Counted from the first letter of the stretch, positions 51,516 through 62,812 are shown. The stretch: 64,000 nt of DNA from Eledone cirrhosa (GCA_964016885.1 OZ024754.1:24180001-24244000); one strand, 5' to 3'. The notes: generated from the sequence alone by a model not told the origin. A program made the numbers and translations.

Positions 51516-53160
51516 TGCCCCCTCGTTATCGAGGAAAACAAAATATATATATATACACACACACATATCTATATATACATATACACATACATTTACATAC
51601 GCACACACACATATTTACACACACACACAATAACAATTAACGGTGCTGCGATCGAATGTGGCTTATTAGCCCAGCCAATGATCTAAAATGCCTTGCAAAG
51701 AGTTGGCAACCAAAATATTCGCTGGCAATAGCCGGCTGTGGTTTGAGCCCTCCGGCTTATCTACACTCTCTTCCACATGCTTGGCAGGCATGATGAGTAG
51801 CATCTCCAATAGCAGCCTGGTAGTCAACCACTGGCCTCACTTTATGATTGCGAAGATGACTTTCGAGTCCAGCTTTGCTGAGGCAGATTCTCGCACAGAC
51901 GCTGCATGCCAGCGCCATAGAAGGACCTTCGCTGTCTGGAAATGCAACAGCAATGCCCTTGCTCACATCGCTTTTTACTTTCTCGTATGCGATTAGAGAT
52001 GCCTCAAAAGAAATTTTCCCCTCACGTACACTCTTTCTCCATTTATTACGATCAGCAGCTACGCTTTCCCATGTATCAGCAGAGATGTTAGCGTCTTTCA
52101 AAGAGGCTTTCAACGAATCCTTATATCTCTTTTTGCTTTATGTGGAGGTCGTTTTCCTTTAACTAACTCCCCATAAAAGAATTGTTTTGGTATTCTAGAA
52201 TCCTTCATCCTGGCAAGGTGACCACTCCATCGGAGTCTTTACTTAAGCACAAGCGCTTCTATACTGTCACACAGAGGGCTTTCCAAAATCTCGATATCAC
52301 TGATGTGGTCCCTCCAGTGAACTCCATGAATCCGTCTGAGACACATCTGATGGAAACGCTCCAATTGTTTAAGGTGGTGTCGATATCTGACCCAGGTCTC
52401 GCAGGCATAAAGAAGAGAAGAGAGCACACACGCCTTGTACACCTTTACCTTTGTCTTCTTGCAGAAGAGGCGCCTTTCTAGCTTTCCGAAAGCATCATTT
52501 GCTTTCCTAATCCTGAGTGGAATTTCATTATGAAGATTGCTGTATCGATTGACAGTGCTTCCCAGGTAGACAAACTGATCAACCACTCCAAGTCGTTTAC
52601 CATACACATAGATATTTGGTTCACTGTAATGCTTACCAGGGGCAAGCTGGTACATGACGACAGTTTTCTTGAGACTGACAGTCAATCCTAGGGCAGTGCA
52701 AACTTCAGAAAATGCTTTGAAAATGTGCTGCATACCAATCTCTGTGTGCGCTACAAGATCGCAATCACCTGCATACAAGAGGTCTCTTATGATTGATGTA
52801 AATACTTTTGTTTTTACAGCAAAGCGCCTGATGTTAAATATGCTGCCAGAGGTTCGATAGTGGATGTAAACACCATGCTCGCAATTCCTGAATGCAATAC
52901 AGAAAACCATTGCAGAGTATATGGCAAACAAGGTCGGTGCTGGAATATCTTCCTGTTTCACTCCATATTTTTTTTATTGAGATAGGCTCCGACATGTTAC
53001 CTCTGACATTAACCTACGCCTTCATGTCATGGAAAGACCTAACCAAAGCAAGGAACTTATCAGAGCAACCAAGTTTCTGGAGAACCTTCCACAGTGCATT
53101 TCTGTTAACAGTATCGAAAGCTTTTGTCAGATCGACAAAAACCTGATATATACATTTTCC
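51510..53160 (-). mobile_element. RTE/BovB-like LINE fragment
   Basis: VFVDLTKAFDTVNR..LWKVL.KLGC, APTLFAIY, DLLYAGDCDL, LGLTVSLKKT, FVYLGS and LLYACETW, with a C-terminal C2H2 finger (CSVCARIC...HLRNH). Confidence 0.88.
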
Positions 53161-53245
53161 TATTACCCACTCTACTACCCTAAGTATTGAGTACTCTGGT
53201 GCGTTATGGTCCATCTGGTTCCTTACCACTCTTCCTTCGTTATAT

Positions 53246-53280
<35 letters not shown>

Positions 53281-53742
53281 AATATATATATATACACAGA
53301 CGTATTCACAGTAAGTTGTGGGGTCTATTCTGCATGAAGAACTCGATGTAATCCTTATGTTGAAAATGTTGTAGGTTAAGATAAATCTCGGAAAACAATA
53401 AAACATTAAAACATTAAAAGGAAAACAGAGTCATGATAAAACAGTCTATTCTGCATGAATAGAATGTATTAACATCATCTAGAAACGATTGTAAAGCAGT
53501 GAAGTATATCTCTAATGACTTGATTTTTTTATTTCATTGTTTTAACTTATATATATATATATATATATAATATTAATTCAAAATATTAACAAAATAGATA
53601 TTCTTGTGATCAATTATATTTTATTATACATATTTCAGAGGTACTGAGTTAAGTTCAACAGTACGTCCTCATCATATAAAATAAAATGATACATGACATA
53701 CCCTGACCTGGTAGATGGTTAAGATTCAATCATGTATCATTT

Positions 53743-53809
53743 TATTTTATCTGATGAGGACGTACTGTTGAACTTAACTCAGTACCTCTGAAATATGTAT
53801 AATAAAATA
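53743..53809 (+). ncRNA. Hammerhead ribozyme motif (right arm of the 53568-53858 palindrome)
   Basis: UAUUUUAU-CUGAUGA-GGAC GUACUG(12 nt)CAGUAC CUCU-GAAA-U(AUGU)A-UA^AUAAAAUA, with an 8-bp stem I. Confidence 0.75.
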
Positions 53810-54121
53810 TAATTGATCACAAGAATATCTATTTTGTTAATATTTTGAATTAATATTAATAACTCTGGAAAATATTTATCTGTTGAGTGCTTCCAATCTA
53901 TTGTAAAACTCATTCTTTGATGTATTGATTGAACCTTGTTTAACACTTAAATATATATATATATATATATATAATAAGGGTTGACGGACCCAGCATATTT
54001 ATTAATGCCAGTACCGGTGGTATCTCAGTGCACTCAATGGGCAATGTAAGATACATTACCAGAGTATACACATAGTTATTTGCCTCAACACAATATACGT
54101 AAAACGGGTGCCTATAAGGTT

Positions 54122-54231
54122 CCCGGACTCGAGTTTCTGCAGCACTAATGCAGCAGTAAGGTGCACTGCACCCTCTGTCTGCATATATTATGCAACAATG
54201 CACAATCGGCTTATGCGGCTTCATCAGCGGG
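54122..54231 (-). ncRNA. Hammerhead ribozyme motif with long stem II insertion
   Basis: CCCG-CUGAUGA-(~85 nt)-GAAA-CUCGAG-UC^CGGG, with palindromic ACUCGAGU and a GUC site. Confidence 0.72.
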
Positions 54232-54994
54232 TATATATATATATGTATATATATATACATATAGAAATTACTGTATGTATACATAACCATAAATAGTATC
54301 CTTAATACTATATATATATTGAGCCCTTTGCCACACATTTCGAAGATTGTGTTTCGTTATTTCGTGGGCCGAAATTCCGATTCTCGATAATTTATTTGTA
54401 TTTATCTCCAGTCTTTAGCTATGGACCAGTTAATTTTATTAATTTTTTAGTTGATCTTATTGATTGATTAATAGCTCATGTTAATTATAACCCGTCTGTT
54501 GAGAACTCTAATTCGATATGTGATATTTTGTATTTTTACAAATATATACACTGCCGAATTCATTCGCCTAATATAGGGGTTCCCTCCCACGTGGATTTAG
54601 TAACGGGTCCTTCTGTATATTCGAACGAAATGCCTGTTGAGAAAGTGGTTTTCCTCGTTCATCTTTTTGCCAGAAGCCGAATATTTTTTATGTAGGCTGA
54701 CGGTAACTGATTTAGGAACCGCAGAAACCAAAAAGCTGGAATTTACCATCATTCTAGCGGGTCCGGGTAAAGATTTTTCATTCATTTATATTATTATTTG
54801 TCTGACCCGAATTTTCCTGGTCGTTTTTTTCGGCTGTGCGAATGATTTTAAGCATTGTCTCCGTGTGTTGGTATTTAAACGATAGTTATAGCTCTGGTTT
54901 ATCCAAACTATTGAGCCCTTTGCCACACATTTCGAAGATTGTGTTTCGTTATTTCGTGGGCCGAAATTCCGATTCTCGATAATTTATTTGTATA

Positions 54995-55117
<123 letters not shown>

Positions 55118-55357
55118 TAAAACATGTCTATAGAATCACCAGATAAAATATATACCATTTCCTCTCCCAATTAGCATAATCAACTATATAAAAAATCGAA
55201 TAGACCAGGCTTCTATGAAGAAATCTCCAACAAATAACCGAAACTAGCCCTTCGCGTCGGCTGCGACGGAATATTTATCGAATATTTCGACAGCGTAATC
55301 GCCCAGATATACAGTTAATTAAACAGAATTAGGTGTAAAATAAACTAGGAGAAAAGA

Positions 55358-55391
<34 letters not shown>

Positions 55392-55559
55392 GTTTTAAGC
55401 AATGTCGACGGTATTTAGTGGATTGTTCAACGTTGTTATCTGTTGATGACACTGCGATAATTGTTATTTAACATCAACAAGAGAGAAATACTTTCTCTAA
55501 CCCTCATTTCCTTCTTTCAACTATTTACACACCTGCAACTCTTATCACCTCTCATACTT

Positions 55560-55782
55560 TAATCATCTCACCTAATTACTCTTCTCTCTTGCTCTCTCTT
55601 TGCTTCTCTTCTCCTCCTTTCCTCTCTCTTCCTCTCCCTTCCTCTCTCTTCCTATCCCTTCCTCTCTCTTCATCTCTCCCCCACTCCCTTCCTCTCTCTC
55701 TTCATCTCTCTCCCACTTCCTTCCACCCCTTCCTCTCTCCTCCGCTCCCTTCCCCTCTTCCTATCCCTTCCCCTCTCTTCCA
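55560..55782. repeat. Polypyrimidine (CT-rich) low-complexity tract
   Basis: Direct reading. Confidence 0.85.
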
Positions 55783-55804
55783 TTCAGTAATGACTTCCTT
55801 GTTA

Positions 55805-56591
55805 TCTATATATATAAAACAGAGGATGTCTGTGTGTCTGTTTCCCTAAAACTCGAGAAGTACCCAACTTTTTTTCAAACTTTATACATGTAACTCGTAT
55901 GACCCCGGAAGTGTTTTGAGCAAAAATTTTTCAAATTTTCAATGCCCTAGGGACCGCATTAGGCGATTTAGCGATCTCTTTCTCTTTCTCTTAGTATTTC
56001 TCTTTTTAGATAGATACATAGATATGACGCCGCGCCTTCATAATATCTGTCTGTATGCCTGACTGTCTGCATTACGTCATTATGACGCGATCAGTGTGTG
56101 TGTGTATATATATTCTTATGCCAGGGAACGTCTTCACGAACCAAAGTATCGTCTTCCTGTTTTCCAGATTGATTTTTTTAGTTTCAGAAGATCCCGTTAA
56201 GTTTGAAAGCAGCGATTCTTTGCTTAAACATTAATATGTTATTTTAATATAGATATTCGTGTACAGATATTTTTGCATACACAAAAACAAAATATAAACA
56301 AACAAGGCCAAAGATTACATCAATTAGTCTTAGTGTACTGCATACTGCTTTTTAGGTAGAATATCCCGTTAAGGGTGAAAGCAGTGATTCTTTGCTTAAA
56401 CTTTAGTCTGTTATTTTAATATATATATATATATATATATAATTATATATTTATGGACAGATATTTTTGCATACACAATAACAAAATATAAACAAACGTA
56501 TTTATTTCACGAGGTTCGATAAGGATAAATATATATCAAATATATAAGAACCCTATAGCAAATCCCGAGCAACGCCGGGCCATTCTGCTAG
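55805..56591 (+). mobile_element. Non-autonomous Helitron
   Basis: It begins A|TCTATATATATAAAAC and ends with a GC hairpin CCCGAGCAACGCCGGG (56564-56579), then CTAG|T. It has no TIR or TSD. Confidence 0.8.
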
Positions 56592-56623
<32 letters not shown>

Positions 56624-56636
56624 TATGTATATGTAT

Positions 56637-56705
<69 letters not shown>

Positions 56706-56706
<1 letters not shown>

Positions 56707-56985
56707 GGAGGCACGTGCCCTAGTGGTAAAGGTGTTGGACTTACGATCATAATGTCGTGGGCTCGATTCCTGGGTTGCGTGTTGTGTTCTTGAGCAAAAC
56801 ACTTCATTTCACGTTGCTCCAGTATACTCAGCTGAAAATGAGTACCAGCAATAGCTGGGGGTTTAACCCTGTGATGGACTGGCGTCCTGTCCAGGGGGGA
56901 GTCTTGTACTCGCAGTCGCTTCACGCCATGAAACCGGGATAAGCACCGGCCAAATGAGCCTTTTGGCTTAAGACAGACTTTAGAG
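56706..56985 (+). mobile_element. Full-length tRNA-derived SINE family B
   Basis: Head GGAGGCACGTGCCCTAGTGGTAAAG...GGCTCGATTCC; body GTTCTTGAGCAAAACACTT, AAATGAGTACCAGC, GATGGACTGGCGTCCTGTCCAGGGG and GAAACCGGGATAAGC. Confidence 0.8.
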
Positions 56986-57001
56986 TTATATATATATATA
57001 T

Positions 57002-57424
57002 ATAAAATATTAAAAAAATAATGAATAAAACAATGAAACAGTTCCTTATATTAAACAAAAAAAGTTCATTATTTAACGATCGTTTCTAGGATATATATGT
57101 GTTAGAATTGGCATGCATATTCAACAGATCTATGTACAAAATTATACAAAATTATACAAACTATCAAGATTAAATATACATACCAAACACACACATATGC
57201 CGTCTTCAGAAATAATCTGAAGACGGCATATGTGTGTGTTTGGTATGTATATTTAATCTTGATAGTTTGTATAATTTTGTATAATTTTGTACATAGATCT
57301 GTTGAATATGCATGCCAATTCTAACACATATATATCCTAGAAACGATCGTTAAATAATGAACTTTTTTTGTTTAATATAAGGAACTGTTTCATTGTTTTA
57401 TTCATTATTTTTTTAATATTTTAT
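57002..57424. repeat. Perfect palindrome, 209-bp arms, 5-nt loop
   Basis: 57002-57210 is the reverse complement of 57216-57424. Confidence 0.95.
57068..57216 (-). ncRNA. Hammerhead motif with long stem II
   Basis: AUUAUUU-CUGAAGA-CGGCAUAUGUG...(long)...CACAUAUAUAUCCUA-GAAA-CGAUCG-UU^AAAUAAU, with a 7-bp stem I and palindromic ACGAUCGU. Confidence 0.68.
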
Positions 57425-57555
57425 CTTGACTCTGTATTCTGTTTATCTTTCACCGAAAGTGATTTTTCATTGCATCTCTTCTTTCCATGATATCCGGACT
57501 ACATTGAGTTCTTCATACGGATTGGACACTACCGTAAACTCTTGGTAGATTTATC

Positions 57556-57633
<78 letters not shown>

Positions 57634-58278
57634 CATATATGTAAAATGAGGTAAATATCTCTCTGAGTACTAAGTACCCATAGAGATATATAGGGTGTCT
57701 ATAATATAATTGTTGTTCTATGGTTCTAATATGAGATACCAGAATTATAAAAATTGAGATGAGCAGAACAAACACACATTAAACAATCCTTTAAATAAAT
57801 TAAAAAATGATTTAAATATCTACCTGTTCATAATGCTATTACCGGCGGTTTCACTTTACAAAAGATTAGAAATATGGAGAGAATTTCTAACGGAAAAGTA
57901 AAGTTCATCAGATAGTTATTTCCACTCTATAGGACTAAGTCCCACAGTCTGCAAATATATTGCAAACTACCAGCTCGTATGAGTTATGGCCGTTAAAGTG
58001 ACCCACACGTGAACTGTCCGCTAGTAAAAGCGGGAATATTACAGACGTGTTGTTGGCTTTGCTGCTAAAAAAAATAGCAGTAAGCAACTACGAATTTTTT
58101 CTCTACATAGATTGGAGAATATATAAAATGAGGTAAATATCTCTTTGAGTACTAAGTAGTCATAGAGATATATAGGGTGTCTATAATATAATTGTTGTTC
58201 TATGGTACTAATCATATATGTGTGTGTGTGTATTGTGTGTATTATCTGTATTATCTGTATTATCTGTGGATAATATAA

Positions 58279-58460
58279 GGGCGGTGGATTGGCAGTATCG
58301 GTAGAGGGTCGGACGCCATGCTTTCCAGCATAGTTACGTCCCTTTACGATCTGAGTTCAAATCCCGCCGAGGTTGACTTTGCCTTACGGGGTCGATAAAA
58401 TAAAGTACCAGTAATGAACTGGGTATTTGCTGGCCTTGTGCCTAAAGTAGAAATAATTAT
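58279..58460 (+). mobile_element. SINE family A
   Basis: Family A head and core. Confidence 0.82.
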
Positions 58461-58683
58461 TTATATTATCTGTTTATGTTATTTAAGATGCTGTTAACTG
58501 CCATCTGCCTTTACGAATCTCGCCTCTTCCTAAGATCATGTTTTGTTGGGAAACCTGTTTTGTGGAGTGGGGTGGAAGTAGCGTGTATTATCAAACTTGA
58601 CCACTGACTAGACTTAACCCTGGATTATCTGTGGTGTTTAAAAGGAAGAAAATTCATTTATTATAGTGAATCATCACTATGAT

Positions 58684-58832
58684 GTCACACATCAGACATT
58701 ACACAACACACATCACACACTTCACATTTCACACATTACACATCACACACATCACACTTCACACATTACACATCACACACAATACTTCACATCACACTTC
58801 ACACATCTCATATCATACACTTCACACATCAC
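58684..58832. repeat. (CATCACA)-type low-complexity repeat
   Basis: Direct reading. Confidence 0.8.
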
Positions 58833-59568
58833 ATGGGTAGAGGCTATGGTGAGACGGGTAGCGGCTATGGTGAGGTGGGTGGAGGCTATGGTGAAGTGGG
58901 TAGAGGATATGATGAGGTGAGGCTATGGTGAGGTGGGTAGAAGCTATGGTGAGGCGGGTAGAGGCTATGGTGAGGTGGGTGGAGGCTATGGTGAGGTGGA
59001 GCTATGGTGAGGTGAGGCTATGGTGAGGTGGGTAGAGGCTATGGTGAGGTGAGTAGAGGCTATGGTGAGGTGGGTGGAGGCTATGGTGGGGTGGGGCTAT
59101 GGTGATGTGAGGCTATGATGAGGTGGGGCTATGGTGAGGTGGGTGGAGGCTATGGTGAGGTGGGGCTATGGTGAGGTGAGGCTATGGTGAGGTGGGTAGA
59201 GGCTATGGTGAGGTGAGTAGAGGCTATGGTGAGGTGGGTGGAGGCTATGGTGGGGTGGGGCTATGGTGAGGTGAGGCTATGGTGAGGTGGGGCTATGGTG
59301 AGGTGGGTGGAGTCTATGGTGAGATGGGTGGAGGCTATGGTGAGGTGGGTAGAGGCTATGGTGAGGTGGGGCTATGGTGAGGTGGGGCTATGGTGAGGTG
59401 GGTGGAGGATATGGTGAGGTGGGTGGAGGCTATGGTGAGGTGGGTAGAGGCTATGGTGAGGTGGGGCTATGGTGAGGTGGGTGGAGGCTATGGTGAGGTG
59501 GGTGGAGGCTATGGTGAGGTGGGTAGAGGCTATGGTGAGGTGGGTAGAGGCTATGGTGAGGTGGGTAG
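58833..59568. repeat. G-rich minisatellite, 21-nt unit GGCTATGGTGAGGTGGGT(A/G)GA with 15-16-nt deletion variants
   Basis: Direct reading. Confidence 0.92.
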
Positions 59569-60524
59569 CGAAAATGGTGAAATGTGTGCCATACAATTCT
59601 AAATTTTACAAAGAATGAGACACTACTCGAAAGATGTGGGCCCGTAAACCTCTGCCTCACAGAAACCAAGGGGCGGACCATTGAAGCTAAAAAAAATTCT
59701 CAAATAATTAAAATTCGTTTGTGTGAGAAAGAAAAAATGAAAAGAAAAAGTCACTGCAATACGACTCTCAAGGACAAGGGGAAATAATCTTAAGAAATTA
59801 AGAATTAATTTAACAGATACATATATTGGCTGACAATAGCCCAGAGAAACGGATATTTCTGGATATTTCTGTTAGTAAATCATATTGACTAAAGCTGTCG
59901 ACACTTTCATCACACACACATATTTACAGACACACAGGCAGATAAACACACATGCACTGATAGACATACACAGATACACATACACACACAGACACAGACA
60001 AAGAAGAAGCATTCAACTTTTTAATTGTAATTTATCTTCCTAAGGAAACAAAAGTGTTGAGAATGAGTTCAAATAGCGCGAGATGTCGGTTTATTCAACT
60101 CGTTGTTTATTATATATTTTAGTTTACATCAAAATATAATCTGTATATAATCATTCCCGAATACACATTGAACCAAATCATGCAAAAATAAATACATATA
60201 CATACACACACAAGCCCCTTACACATACACCTACACACACAAGTATTTAAATATCTACACATGTATATATAGCCTTTATTTAGATAAACAGAACATGAAA
60301 CTTATCAAGCGAAGAACTTACAATCTTATCTTCAACACCAAACACGTGAAGAGCGATTTGAAAGAAAAGTTTCTGCGCTGTATAAACACACTATCTAAAA
60401 ATTGTAAGGCGTTGCCCGGGAAATATCTTGAGGTACCTGTTCCATGACATTCAACTCCTTCGCAAACAGTGTTTTGTTGTTGTTGCTGTTGGTGTTGCTG
60501 GTAGTGTTGGTGGTGGTGGTGGTG

Positions 60525-60697
60525 GCGGTATTTAGTTATCTTCCTTTACGTTCTGATTTCAAATCCCGCCGACAACTTTGTCTTTCATCCTTCCCAGATC
60601 GATAAAATAAGGTACCAGTTAAATATTGGTTGGTATAATCAACATAATCTTCCTTTCAGAATTGCTGGCCTTGTGCCTAATTAGAAACAATTATTAT
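60525..60697 (+). mobile_element. Decayed SINE family A
   Basis: Core TTTCATCCTT..GATAAAATAAGGTACCAG and tail GCTGGCCTTGTGCCTAA. Confidence 0.65.
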
Positions 60698-60717
60698 CAT
60701 TTTCGTTGTTGCTGGCG

Positions 60718-60970
60718 CATACATATTCAGTACCCATTACTGAGGCACCCTCAAGTGGGGCATACATATTCAGTACCCATGACTGAGGCACCCTCAAGTG
60801 GGGCATACATATTCAGTACCCATGACTGAGGCACCCTCAAGTGGGGCATACATATTCAGTACCCATGACTGAGGCACCCTCAAGTGGGGCATACATATTC
60901 AGTACCCATGACTGAGGCACCCTCAAGTGGGGCATACATATTCAGTACCCATGACTGAGGCACTCTCAAG
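60718..60970. repeat. 43-bp tandem repeat, ~6 near-identical units
   Basis: CATACATATTCAGTACCCATGACTGAGGCACCCTCAAGTGGGG starting at 60718, 60761, 60804, 60847, 60890 and 60933. Confidence 0.95.
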
Positions 60971-61311
60971 ATTGGTGGTAAGGAAGTAGACAAGAATCAT
61001 TAAATTAGAAATCTGGCTTCAGTCGCCTCTGCTAAAGGCACCGAAGTGTACACCTATCAACTTTCCCCACCCACCAGGAGATCCCCCACCCATTTCATGT
61101 GAAAATGGGTATAGCTTTCATTATGTAAATCGCCCCATTTTACCTCATTTCTCCCCGTTTTGTGCCACTTTTTTTCATGGTACTCCCCGTTTTGGTTTCT
61201 AGATAATGGTGCTAAACCGGGAAATGGATTACGTCTACAACCCAATTAGACCACCTGATGATTTTAACTCAGAACAAATACAGACGCTTCACTAATTCCA
61301 CCAATCCCTCA

Positions 61312-61374
<63 letters not shown>

Positions 61375-61445
61375 GTCAAGACCCCGACGGCAGAGCTCAA
61401 GCCGTTTCGACGGCTATTTCTGGACTAATATATATATATATATAT

Positions 61446-61630
61446 GTAGTGGTAGAACACTGGAAGGTAATATCCGTAGTGGTAGAGCACTCAGTCCATG
61501 GGACGAGTTAGGTAGAAGTGATTACACAACAGTTAGTTCACCATACCGAGAACAATTGTTTCACCTTAGCGGATCCTTAGCTCGTAATTGTTCTCGGTAT
61601 GGTGAACTAACTGTTGTGTAACCACTTCTA
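61446..61630 (-). mobile_element. Solo PLE 3' terminus with hammerhead remnant and 45-bp inverted duplication
   Basis: 61446-61584 is homologous to 10262-10400. The arms are 61513-61557 / 61586-61630. Confidence 0.8.
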
Positions 61631-62055
61631 TATATATATAATATATATATATATACATATTTAGGTTTGTTGGTTCACCACTGGATAGAACTGGTCATAC
61701 CGTATGATCAATCTCGATGTAATATTATGGAGAGCACTCGACGTAATGCAACTCACCCGTCTTCGTTTGTGTTGTTGGTGGTGCGAGTACGGAGTTAATT
61801 ATTATAAAATAACAGGAGGCTGGACTGGTGTACATCCTTGAAAGGTTTATTATACTATGATCATTTCAATAATCGGGTTCAGTATGAATCTGGTGACATC
61901 ATCAGGTATTCAAAATATAACAAAGGAATATAACAGATAAAATCCATGGGGCTGAAAATCAGAGACAAGAAGACGACCGACTATTTAGCAGCTTCTACCT
62001 CAGTCGGCCGCCCTCGAGTGGATTTTATCTGTTATATTCCTTTGTTATATTTTGA

Positions 62056-62113
62056 ATACCTGATGATGTCACCGGATTCATACTGAACCCGGTCATTGAA
62101 ATGATCATAGTAT
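62056..62113 (+). ncRNA. Hammerhead motif (right arm of the 61801-62164 palindrome; mirror at 61852-61909)
   Basis: AUAC-CUGAUGA-UGUC ACCGG A UUCA(UAC)UGAA C CCGGU CAUU-GAAA-UGAUCA-UA^GUAU, with palindromic AUGAUCAU. Confidence 0.7.
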
Positions 62114-62222
62114 AATAAACCTTTCAAGGATTTACACCAGTCCAGCCTCCTGTTATTTTATAATTATATATAAATATATATATATAAATATAAATATATA
62201 TATATATAAATATATATATATA

Positions 62223-62257
<35 letters not shown>

Positions 62258-62606
62258 GAATGTATATATAATGTATTTTGCAATACACTTTATGCTTAAT
62301 TAAAAGCATTTTGAAGACCGTATGCTATTGTTTTAGAGTAGTGACAAACTCACTTACTTTAATCTCAGCAAACAAGGGGAGATAAGCCGACAAGGCCTTG
62401 TTTCGCATTTATTGATGCTTATCAAGGCTAACTACTCCCTCCTGTCTACTGAGATCACTGATGTTATATTCTTATAGAATTCTAGTAAATAATCAGGAAC
62501 TGATTATACAGAGCGGTTGCCGGTCAGGCAGAAATAAAAAATTAGAATTGGAGCTCTGAAATAACAATATAACATCAGTGATCTCAGTAGACAGGAGGGA
62601 GTAGTT

Positions 62607-62651
62607 AGCCTTGATAAGCATCAATAAATGCGAAACAAGGCCTTGTCGGCT
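62607..62651 (+). ncRNA. Hammerhead ribozyme, U3-A8 core variant (mirror copy on - at 62385-62429)
   Basis: AGCC-UUGAUAA-GCAU(CAAUAA)AUGC-GAAA-CAAGGCCUUG-UC^GGCU. All three stems pair, and stem III is the 12-nt palindrome ACAAGGCCUUGU. Confidence 0.82.
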
Positions 62652-62812
62652 TATCTCCCCTTGTTTGCTGAGATTAAAGTAAGTGAGTTTGTCACTACTC
62701 TAAAACAATAGCATACGGTCTTCAAAATGCTTTTAATTAAGCATAAAGTGTATTGCAAAATACATTATATATACATTCATATATATATTGCTATTTCAGA
62801 ACTCCAATTCTA

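Noticed and set aside
56706-56780. Additional tRNA genes at SINE heads
   Set aside because: A/B boxes are present but there is no intact cloverleaf, and the sequence continues into SINE bodies.
59372-59681. Gly-rich (GYGEVGG)n and His/Pro-rich ORFs resembling cuticle or beak proteins
   Set aside because: They derive from the 21-nt minisatellite, whose length variants break the frame. There is no signal peptide or splice context.
60718-60970. CRISPR-like array
   Set aside because: The units are contiguous with no unique spacers, there are no cas genes, and the context is eukaryotic.
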